A stretch of DNA of 64,000 nt, taken from NCBI GenBank assembly GCA_036172245.1, contig JAYWIR010000009.1:1054001-1118000 (forward strand). The letters run 5' to 3'. Numbering within the stretch: position 1 is the first letter of the stretch; each line of letters starts with the position of its first letter. The DNA is from Raillietiella orientalis (taxonomy: Eukaryota). The notes beneath the pieces are model-generated. The model was not told the origin of the DNA and searched no databases. It saw only the letters and a program-made list of their open reading frames with translations. This document shows, one piece after another, positions 1 through 16,960 of this stretch. A program made the position numbers and the translations under genes.

Positions 1-689
1 CAGCATGCAAACGTGTCTCCCGGAATTCCAGCTCCCAAATGAGCAGAGAAACATCCAGGCAAAAGATGGCCAGCTCCATCCATCCTGACTCACGCTGTTT
101 CCGAAGCAACCACGAGGCACTCCCAAGTCGCTATTAGCACAAATTTTCCCTTGGCCTCATGCATCCTTCAAACGAACGAGCGCATGTCAGACTGCCGTCT
201 AAGATAGCAGCAACCTCTCCAAGTAGCTCGAGACTCCCATCCGTAGCTTCACACGTTGCAACCGCGTAGACCACGAAACACTCAGAACAACACATTCCCA
301 CGTCGCTATTTCCAGACACGTCGCCATTCCACATAGCGATGGCACGTCAACATCGGTGTCACAAAGAATAGAATTTCGTTCGTTCAAGCAGACCGAGAGG
401 CGAACTAAAGCAACCAACAGGAAGCAGGAGTTCACCGCTGGAAACCCGGAGGATTGCCGCAACCGCCTTCTTCGAAAGACATGCAGGTGCGACCGACCAT
501 CATGGCAACCACGTAGGCGTCAGCAGGAGCGTCACCAAATCTGCTTAGATTTGCAAACAAAAGAACCGTCCCATTTTCCAAAAAAAAACACTCGCGGACT
601 CTCACGCCCGTCACTGAGGATGAGTTCGCCTGAGAACTTTTCAATATTTCGGCATTCCGAGGAATCAGTTGATGACGACATTGGAAGCG

Positions 690-819
690 TCAAGACTTGC
701 TGAGATAAGCAAAGAGCCATGCATCATAAATTGGAGAGGCAGCGGAGCAGGAGCTGCTAAGACCGAAACCGCGTTCTTGCAAAGTAATTTCTTCTGTGCA
801 AGCGGTGGTTGCCACAACG
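690..819 (+). promoter_or_regulatory. Putative core promoter/5'UTR of cathepsin copy 1 (GATA site AGATAA 703-708, TATA-like CATAAA 725-730)
   Basis: Block conserved upstream of copy 4 (13430-13573) and in the palindrome spacer (8340-8441), while sequence further upstream diverges. Function is inferred. Confidence 0.45.
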
Positions 820-2802
<1,983 letters not shown>

Positions 2803-5099
2803 CCTCCTGCTTTTTCATGAACGTCAAGGGCTTTTTGCGTGCTCTTTTCTTGTTCCCTTTGTATGTAACCCACGTGGATAATTTTTCCTCATGGTCCGTG
2901 GTGTTACTTGATCACTTAGAAATAAAATCACTTTTCTCGGAGGAGAGTCCTGCGGGCAGCACTTACGGCTCATTCGGTTATCTAGGGCGAAACTGACATG
3001 GAGCGGGGCTCGCTCCGTGCATTTGGTGAGGAATGGAAATCTGGAACGTCTGAAGGCGCCCGCAGTCACTGCGGATGGAGATTCACCTTTCTTCATTTGA
3101 ATGGTGCTTATCTCGGGGGAAGGATAATTCAAAAGTGAAATGAAATGCTGTTGAAGAGTAAATTCCCAACTGCTTCCTCGTGATCTTCCTGCAATTCGTT
3201 GCAAAACGAGGTAGTGCCGGGGTCGCGCCGGAATTAAGTTGAACACCAGCGAAAGCATTCTGAAAATTATTCCCGACATCATGCTGGTGTTTCGGAACAA
3301 TAAGTTCACCCACCTCAACCCTTTACCTATAGCTATTGTTGCACGTTCCTGGATCGCCTCCAGGAAAGAGTGCATTTACTGATAGTAACAGTATGATGAT
3401 AATGACGTGGTGTCGAGGCAGGAGATGGAGCGAGGCGGGTGCTTCCCAATCTCGGATCAGCGTGCATCATCTTCGCACCAGGGAAGCAGGCTCCTCCTCA
3501 TAGCCTTTGGAAAGCTCCGCAGACAAGCCGCCCTATCCAGCTCTTATGGTCCTCCTGGGCTCTCCGATGGTGAAGATGAGCTTCGCAATCAAGAAGAGCT
3601 CTTCCAATCTCCTTTGCTCCTCCTCTCTTAACTCATGAGTGCGCTCTGGCGGCAAACGCGGCGCAAGGTCGCTCTCTGATTCCACTTGGGCGTGCATGAA
3701 GGAATGAAACTGAAGCATCTTGCGGAGAATATGAGCAGGAGCTGGATGTTCCTGTGTCCAGTCGACCGATAAGCTGGCCTGCCTCTCGCACCCAGCTATC
3801 CATTCCGACAGGAGTGGTGCCTCGGGTGTCCGGGAAAAGAGACTGGCGTGGAAATACTCACTTTCTTTCTTTACCCGTTCGTGGAAACCTCGAAAGGCAG
3901 AGCCAGAGAGAACAAATTCCACAACTCGCCCACCGAGGGCATGCACGTGTTTCAGTCGAAGAAATTCTGCAGTTCTAATCCTCCCGCGAGTGCGCAGAGA
4001 CGCTCCGCTGCCCCCGCGAGGTTCTTCCTGTCCTCTGAAAGGCACCACCCATGGGAGAGTAGACTTCTGCCGCTCGCATGGATTTCGAATACAAGCCGGG
4101 AGCGACTGGGCAGCGATGAGCGTATTCATCTCCTGTTTGCCACTCGAGAGCACAGGTGATTTCCCAATAAGACGTGGTCCAACCCTTCGTTACACACGGC
4201 CTCTGCGGCTGCTAAGTTGCCAGTGTGCGTTGCCGCGCACATCTCGTTGGTCAGATCGGATCTTCCGTGCGCCTCACGTGACAACAGAGCGAACAACACG
4301 TGACAACACGTTCGCTGCCATCAGGATCGTTCTTCGCAGGACTGCCCCGTTCCTCCCGTGGCGCTTCAGGCCTCCAGAAAACGTTACGTCCTCCCCGCTC
4401 CTGTTGCTGCAGCTGGGCGCAAGCAGCTTCGTGACGACCAGGTCGATCGAGTAGGACCACTTGACCGGAAGTCGTCCAACGTCGTCGAAGTGCACGTCGC
4501 GCCGAGCGAGGTCAATCTGCGGCAACGGAAACAACCGCAACGCCGCAGCAGCCGACCACCTCAGCTGCTGTCAACTTTCTTAGCTTCTTTTGCGTTGAAC
4601 TTGTGTGGCTCTTGGACAAGTGCCAGCTCGAAGGCTCCCAGAGTGCTGACCACGTCTCGATTCTTGCTGTCTATGAGCAGGTGACCTTCCAAAAGCCTAT
4701 GAGCAATCGTCGGCTGGTGGTGGACCCACTAGGCACGCTAGCGACGCTGCAGTTTCAACTTTCTCCTCGTGTTCAGATGGCGAAGGGCCTGTGTCCACAA
4801 TCACTGTTTCGGGTGATCGCAGTCCGTCGATGGTCTTTTTCGCGCTTCTTTCCCGCGGGATGCTTTCCACCGAGAACTTTCCTTCCCCTGACTGAGGAGA
4901 AAAGCATCCCCTTGGGGTGCAGGATTTGCGACCCGCTTCCCGCGCCGGGAGAACTACAGCAGTAAGTTGCCGATCTCGGCGTGCGATCGGGTATTTCCGG
5001 ATCTCTCACTGGTGCCGCACGCCTCAAGAACATCCTTTCGGACACGACTTGGCCACTTGGTTGCTCCACAGTGTTCATTGATGTCAAAGAGACTCGCAA

Positions 5100-5760
5100 A
5101 TCGGTGGCGTCACGGATGCTCGTGCCACCATTCAAACGTTCAAATGCGAATCTGCCGAGAACCGACACGCAGGCCAGGCAGGTTGGCTTCGGCAACAGAG
5201 GGAAATAAGGACAAGCGAAAGAAACTACCCAACAAAACAACGTACACAGGATATTTTACTCAGGATATTTGCAAGGATCGCAAAGGTATCAGGGGGCTGC
5301 AAGGTGTTCTCAGCATCCTTTGCAGGATGCCGGCAAGTTCTTGTTTCAGCATTTGCACATTGGACCACGAAGACGTCATCCGATAGAAGAGGTTCGCAAA
5401 ACAAATGGATCCAGCATCCCCTTGGTTTCAGCTAGCAGTACTTCATACAGCAACGACCCCGAAAACGCGGCAAAGTGATGCTAGGGATGCTGCAAGCATG
5501 AGGTCGTCGTGCAGGAAGAAGCGCTCCTTAACTATTCTAGGGTTGCCCTTCGGCATCCGCAGGGACGCGGCAAAGGGTTCCCACAGGGAAAATAACGGCA
5601 TCACTATCCCCCAACCATCACAATCCATAAACGGGAGAAACTTTTTTTTCCGAACCTGCTGCAGCTCGGACATACACGACCCTTGGTTCATTGAAGTCGA
5701 CGAGTGCTGCACGGTCGACCACAACACAACAGCAACCCAGCCGACTCCTTTAATTTAGGG
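5100..5760 (-). mobile_element. Decayed Tx1/L1-like LINE ORF2 C-terminus and partial 3'UTR
   Basis: LWEPFAASLRMPKGNPRIVKERFF...AASLASLCRVFGVV aligns by eye with LWDRLSSILNIPVGDPKGIFRRLF...TASLAVLYSVRVI at 30.4 kb. 3'UTR hairpin GGTGGC...GCCACC present. Confidence 0.6.
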
Positions 5761-6209
5761 AAAGCATTGTACCGATCCAACTAGCCGGAGGCCACTTTAC
5801 TTCCTGCGATGGAATTCGTAGCAACTGCCTCCAGCGAAGCAGTGCTTTGATGCGGCAGTCGGGATGGCGGCGTAAGTGAGCAGTCGAAAATCCCGAAAGA
5901 TCACCAAATCGAAACAGAGGGAAAAAATTGGCAACCCTGAAGACCGTGTATTTCCCTATTCTGGGAAAGAGATAACGAGAAGGAAGGGTCTTTGCCTATT
6001 TTCCCCCATCGCATTTTGTACGCTGCGTCAAAGCAAACCAACCTCACCCTTCCATCCTTCACTGTGGACCAGCTTCCTACAAGAGTCATTTTATTTTATC
6101 GCACGCACTCCACAGCAAGCAGAAGAGGCTTCCGGGTGGGAAAGGTAGAAAGAAAACCGACAAAGACCAGCCACTTCACGTTATTACTTTCTCAGCGCCC
6201 GGTGGAAGA

Positions 6210-7575
<1,366 letters not shown>

Positions 7576-8231
7576 CTGAAAAGCAAGAAGAAAGGAACGT
7601 TTCACGCATCTCTCGTTGCAGGCGCATCCGAAAACCGCCTTCTTCGCAGTGGCGCGGTCCAGAATGAAGAGCGTTCGGCAGCTTCCGTGCCTTGGAGTTT
7701 CGTAAGTCTGGTGCTCCGTGAGAAAGGCACGTCTCCCGCCCACCGCGATTCCGTATTCCAAATCGCGACCTCACATCTTTTACTAGTCCTTGTCAGCTAC
7801 TGCTGCCATCCGTTTGACATGTGTTGCAGTTACCTCACCAAACAAGCCGTTCCTCCATGAGAAAAGCAAAAAAAGGAATCGCAGAAGCCATAACTCATTA
7901 AGAATGAACATACGCCATACGTGACATCGGTATTTTTACATGGGACCACGGAACGACAACAAGGAGGTGGAAGCCACTGTAAGGGCAGAGCATCTATCCA
8001 ACTCTAACTCCATGAATGACGTTCACGAGAAGAGAGAATTGCAATTTTCCTAGCAGTCTACACGAAAAAGCCGTGTACACTGCGTCGACACGAAGTGCAC
8101 AACCGGAGCTAAACGCCAAAGCATTCCAGAGGATCATCCCGGAAACCAGGAAGAGGTTGAAGCAAGAAGAGTTGGTAAGTCTGTCGTTGCTAAGCGTAAC
8201 GGCCTGAGAGTTGTCGAATGGGATTACCAAC

Positions 8232-8441
8232 GATTACAGAAAAAAACCATGCAATACACACGTCGGTCTTCCCATAAAAAGATTTTCCTTGAGAACCCTG
8301 AAGAATTTCAACATTCGTATGAGATCCAGGGTGATGAAACTGGAAGCTTCAGGACCTGTTGAGATAAGCAGGCAGCTGTGCATCATAAATTGGAGAGGCA
8401 GCGGAGTAAGTGCCGCAAAGACCGAAACCGGGTTCTTGCAG
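8232..8441 (+). promoter_or_regulatory. Palindrome spacer homologous to the cathepsin promoter/5'UTR (AGATAA 8362-8367, CATAAA 8384-8389), truncated before the ATG
   Basis: GAGATAAGCA..GCATCATAAATTGGAGAGGCAGCGGAG..AAGACCGAAACCGGGTTCTTGCA matches 701-781 and 13455-13535. Confidence 0.6.
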
Positions 8442-9096
8442 TTGGTAATCCCATTCTACAACTCTCAGGCCGTTACGCTTAGCAACGACAGACTTACCAA
8501 CTCTTCTTGCTTCAACCTCTTCCTGGTTTCCGGGATGATCCTCTGGAATGCTTTGGCGTTTTGCTCCGGTTGTGCTCTTCGTGTCGACGCAGTGTACACT
8601 GCTTTTTCGTGTAGACTGCTAGGAAAATTGCAATTCTCTCTTCTCGTGAACGTCATTCATGGAGTTAGAGTTGGATAGATGCTCTGCCCTTACAGTGGCT
8701 TCCACCTCCTTGTTGTCGTTCCGTGGTCCCATGTAAAAATACCGATGTCACGTATGGCGTATGTTCATTCTTAATGAGTTATGGCTTCTGCGATTCCTTT
8801 TTTTGCTTTTCTCATGGAGGAACGGCTTGTTTGGTGAGGTAACTGCAACAGATGTCAAACGGATGGCAGCAGTAGCTGACAAGGACTAGTAAAAGATGTG
8901 AGGTCGCGATTTGGAATACGGAATCGCGGTGGGCGGGAGACGTGCCTTTCTCACGGAGCACCAGACTTACGAAACTCCAAGGCACGGAAGCTGCCGAACG
9001 CTCTTCAGTCTGGACCACGCCACTGCGAAGAAGGCGGTTTTCGGATGCGCCTGCAACGAGAAATGCGTGAAACGTTCCTTTCTTCTTGCTTTTCAG

Positions 9097-10461
<1,365 letters not shown>

Positions 10462-10682
10462 TCTTCCATCGGACGCTGAGAAAGTAAAGACCTGGGGTGG
10501 TTGTTCTTTGGAGATTATTTTCTACCGTTGCCTCCCAGAAGTCTCTTCCGCTTGCTGTGGAGTGTGTGCGATAAAATAAAATGACTTTTGTCGGATGCTG
10601 GTCCACAGTGTGGGATCGGGGGTTAGGGTTGGTGTGCTTTGACGCAGCGAACAAAGTACAATCCCACATGAACTCTTATGCT

Positions 10683-11445
10683 GGGATGAGCTGCTGTATC
10701 TTCCGGTGGGACACCTGAAGTGGCTCCCGGTACTGATGGACACGCGCACCGTCCCTATGAAGTGGCGGCTGTCGGCGGCCGTGTTGGTGCTGCATTGGGG
10801 TCTCCCATCGCAACTTACTCCGTCAGCACTGAATTTGAAGGTGCCGATATCAATTGTGTTAGGTGCGGGGAGGGGTAATCCTTCCCATACCTGTGGTGTT
10901 GCCCTCCGACCCCTAAAGGAATGCCTTTCCACTGGCCTAGGAACCCCCGGACGGAACTCCAGGGACACAATCTGACCCCTCTTCGTTCGGGAGGAACTTG
11001 GGCTGCGGCGGCTTTTGCACTGCAGCCCTGTGCAGCCAACGCGGGATGGTCGCTGCATGGAACAACTCGACAGGAGGAACAAACAATAGGAGAAATGCCA
11101 GCGAATACGCCGTCCGCTTTCTGAGGATGGCGACGCGATTGCCCCAACTGTGACCCAATATTTAGAAAGAGCTTGTCGGCATGCTCCAGAGGATGTGACG
11201 GACCTTCCCAGGAGATTGTGATCCCTTCCCGCGCCCTTCAATATTCTTTTGTTTATTTTTCATTTTTGTTTTTCTTTTTGTTTATTCCCCCTCCCCTCTT
11301 CTGGTGAGGCGGAACGCACTGGAATGCGGACCGTTGATCGGGCAGGTTTGCATCATCTAGCGCGTAGGTGGACCACTGGACCGCTCACAGATACTGTAAA
11401 CTGTTTTACTCGCGAGAATAATAAACGCCCCGGCACACCCGGGTG
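10683..11445 (+). mobile_element. 5'-truncated Tx1/L1-like LINE 3' end
   Basis: LKWLPVLMDTRTVPMKWRLSAAVLVLHWG matches LEWLPVLKNTWALPLKWQESAFLVLH (26.7 kb). T-rich 3'UTR, then AATAAA and the terminal hairpin at 11420-11445. Confidence 0.75.
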
Positions 11446-11449
11446 AGAA

Positions 11450-11790
11450 TCGAGTTTCTGCATTCTGAAACTCCGCAAAAACTCTCGGAGGTGCTCGGCG
11501 GCTTCCTGGAGGTTCATCGACTCCCCTGGAAACTCCGCGCGTCAGAGTGAGGACCCCCTATGCGCAGCCGAACTGCAAATTCAATCCGGGAATGGTCGGA
11601 CAGCGTCGACCGTGCCTCGCCACGCCTGCCGACTCGGGAGCGCAGGTGCTGGTCAAGGAAGACGTGGCCGATGCTGGCCTGCATTTCCGGTTCCCCGGCC
11701 AACAAGTTGCACGAATGCATAGCCGCTCACACGTGGTTGAGCAGTTCTCTTTCTCTGTCCGGCGCACTTGGCTGCAGGCTCAAGTTAAAA
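11450..11790 (+). mobile_element. Short internal fragment of the same LINE ORF2
   Basis: LHECIAAHTWLSS resembles IYRFLQAHSWISC (27.2 kb) and LVRKNTWISC (29.9 kb). Confidence 0.4.
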
Positions 11791-11796
11791 TTTTGT

Positions 11797-13140
11797 CACC
11801 CGGTCACGCCGGAGCGTGTATTTTACAAAAAAATTAACCAGTTGGGGACGCAGTTCCCAACCGAAGACAGCAAAGAATCAAGAGGTGGGAGCAGCCACTC
11901 GCAGTCCGGGATAATGAAACGTCCTGAACGGGGGAAGCACAAGGACACGACAAAAAAATAAAATAAAATAAATTGAGTGACAAGGGGCAAGAATCTTTGG
12001 GTTTGCTCCGTTCTTACCAGGATGAAAACAAAAAAATACAGAAGAAGTTACAGAGCGAACGAGTCTAGGAAACGAAAAATGAATAAATAAAAAGAGGAAG
12101 GAGACAAAGGTCAGAATGGTGGGCCGCTCCTAACGATCAAACAACCATCGCTGGATGCCGACGAATTCCTTCTTTGCCTCTTCTTCCAGGAGAGGACACC
12201 TTGCAGCCGTTCTGATGTAAGCAACTGCCATCCTGATGACCTTACTTTGCTGCGTGGTTGTCTCGTGCACATGGATGGTCGTGACGGTGCACGGATGCAA
12301 CCGAAGGTTGCGACCACCGCGCCTGCCGTGAGTCCTCCCGGCGCGACGAACGGTCGCAGCACATTTCGAGAGCTGTCTTTCCGATGCGGAAGTGCTTCTT
12401 CCAGTCTTCGTCACAGTTCCTGGGGCACAGTGCATTTCAACGACAGGTGCGGCGGAGTTCACTTCACCGAACCTCACCTGGCACCGTTCGGGGACGCAGC
12501 CCCAGTGGAAAGGAGGTGCCGCCGCTCGTTGCAGTGCAATCTCCAGTGGAAGAGGAGCAACCCCTTTCCTTCCCTCCAGGAAAGCGCAAACACCAAAGTG
12601 TCCAGGCAGTGAGCAAGCACCAAAGTCCTTCGGGAGCAACTCTCAAAAGTCCACTCCACCGGAGGAGTCTTATCGCCATAGGAGGAAATTCAAAACGTAC
12701 CGATCATGTCTTTCTCATGGGTCCGCCGGAGACAAAAAAAAATGCGTTCACGGATACAGCACACCCTTCGTTCCTAAGCGGTGGAAACACCACCTATTCT
12801 GTCCTCGTGCCATTCCTGTGGAGCCATCAGCACGCGTTGTTTGCGTCATGTGGTGCTTCCGCGACTTACGTTCCTTCGGCAACGCGATCGACCCAATGGA
12901 CGAATGCAGCGCATCTGTTGGGGGTACCCCAGGAAAGAATTCCTCTCCCCACGTGCATCGAGCAGGAGGCCATCGGGAAACGCCGAACTCGTTGGAAATT
13001 CACGTCTCCCATAGAGGACATCGGAATGTCTATGGTGGGCAGCCAAACTTATTCAACGTGGTGGCAGCGAATGAGCGAGCGGCGCCCTTCAGCAATCTCA
13101 ACTCCACGGAGGGCGTTCTCAGGGAGAAAACGGTGTAAGT
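11797..13140 (-). mobile_element. Decayed LINE ORF2 (late RT region to C-terminus) with 3' terminal hairpin
   Basis: LRGVEI..LIRCHHVE (degenerate pre-YADD segment), FLGYP (YLG motif) and FHWG. Terminal motif CGCTCCGG-CGTGA-CCGGGTG at 11816-11797. Confidence 0.6.
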
Positions 13141-13429
13141 TTCTGGTTCTATCCTGACTAAACGCCTCGGGCACATCAGTGGTCAGGATGAGTTCCATGT
13201 CGAGGTAGACACTGGAGAATTCGAGTGGAAATTCACGAAATCCACGAAGTGGTTGCAGCCAAAAAAGTTTGCAAGCCAATCGAGGTGAGGCGTGTGAGCC
13301 TTCGTGCTATCAAAAAGCTGTCGAAAGGATTTCAAAAAAAAGCCAAGCGATACACAGTTCGGTTTTCCCAGAGAAAGGGTTCCCTGAGAAACTCGCAGCA
13401 CTTCAACACTCTCAAGCGCCATTGGATGA

Positions 13430-13573
13430 AGACATTGGAAGCGTCAAGACTTGTTGAGATAAGCAAAGAGCCATGCATAATAAATTGAAAAGGTAGCGGA
13501 GTAAGTGCCGCAAAGACCGAAACCGGGTTCTTGCAAAGTGGTTTCTTCTGTGCAAGCGGTGGTTGCGACAACG
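13430..13573 (+). promoter_or_regulatory. Putative core promoter/5'UTR of cathepsin copy 4
   Basis: AGATAA at 13457-13462 and TAATAAA at 13478-13484, in the same arrangement as copy 1. Confidence 0.45.
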
Positions 13574-15557
<1,984 letters not shown>

Positions 15558-16199
15558 TCTTCCACCGAGCGCTGAGAAAGTAATGACTTAAGGTGGCTGG
15601 TCTTTGGAGGTTTCCTTTCTACCTTTCCCTCCCCGAATCTTCTTCCGCTTTCTGTGGAGTGCATGCGATAATATAAAATGACTCTTTTCGGAGGTTGATC
15701 CACATTGATGGGTGAAGGGATGGGGTTCGTTTGCTTTTATGCAGCGAACAAAGTGCGATCGTGATGGTTCTTCGCCAATGTCCTAGTTAATTGCGATGGA
15801 TGATTTCTGGGGACACGCTGAGAGGCTGGGAAGTAGAGTGGAAAAGTTCGGTGTGTCGGTAAAGTTGGTTGGAGTGCAGGTCTCATGCGACCCGATGTCT
15901 TTTGCCCGCGTGATTTGATGCTTTGTTCTCTTGGAGGATTTTCTTTTTGATGCGATGCAGCCCAGGTTGTTGGGAAATGGTTGCAACGACGATTTCGTGG
16001 AAGAGTCGCGAATGTTTGTGCTGAATATCTGAACTGTTCAAGAAGAAGAAAGACGACTGGAACGGCGGTTGGAGATTTGGTTTCCTTCGTCCCGCTGGTT
16101 GAGTGGCGACCTCGGGTTTGGTGCTCTTAGAACCGGATCGTTCGAAATGATCCAAAATTTTCTTGCTAAATATGTGGGAAGTGTCTGAAGACGAAGGAG

Positions 16200-16960
16200 G
16201 CAGCGAAAGGCCTGGAAGGCAGTGAAGGTTGCTCAGTACGAGTCTCGTCCTGGGAAAGATGAAACCACTTCGACGAGCATTCGGATCTTTGGCAGGGAAC
16301 TACAATCTGCATTGCATTGGAAGCGAAGAGCAAAGTTTTCGTGCTGGGTTGCGTGGATGGGCCGTCGGGCATCCGGGGTTCATCAGACGGCATAATCGCA
16401 AGAGGCGCGAGGAAGTGGGTGCTGATTTCATGAGAACGCCTGTAGGCATCCTCTTCATTCCCTCGTGTTCCTAGGAGTGGACCGTGTTCACTGCGGTCGG
16501 TGGATCCTAGTGGCTCCTCAGGCTGTAGGCATCGAAATCTGGCATTTCTGCTGGCCGGTTGAACTTCACAGGAGTTTGCATCCCGCTAGGGACGTCAGGC
16601 AATCTTTGCGGCGGATTCCACGCATTCCTTGGATCCGGTTTCTCTTTCTTTCCAAGGAGACGAACGCACTGGAGACGCGTGTTGGCGAGGCCTTCGGAGC
16701 ATGTGCACCTGGCGTCTCTCGTGTCTATCTTCGCGTCGATGGCATTCGTTATGGTGAGGTCTTGCTCGTGGCTCGCAGCGCGTTCGATTCGCGTGCGAGG
16801 ATGGAACGATCCGGAAGCTGCTCGCGCGGAACACGCGGGAGAGGGCTTTAGGTCTTGCATGGAGCGTGTGGCATGCTTCCGGAAGTCACCGTTTCTTCCA
16901 CAGGCCTGCGGAAGACGCGTGGGATGCTTGGTTTGGTCTGACAGAGCGAACGCCATCCAC
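16200..16960 (-). mobile_element. Decayed SWIM-finger / YqaJ-like / PHD-finger gene remnant, probably from an ISL2EU/Harbinger-related DNA transposon
   Basis: In order: ARCTCSEGLAN (SWIM-like CxC), NAWNPP, GTRGNEEDAYRR (resembles YqaJ G..NE..A), and VPCQRSECSSKWFHL (ING-type PHD CxxxxCxxxWFH). Frameshifted and internally shortened. Confidence 0.45.

Noticed and set aside
4400..4545. Minus-strand CFRCR.. zinc-knuckle-like motif suggesting a gag remnant
   Set aside because: A single degenerate motif with no convincing neighbouring domains.
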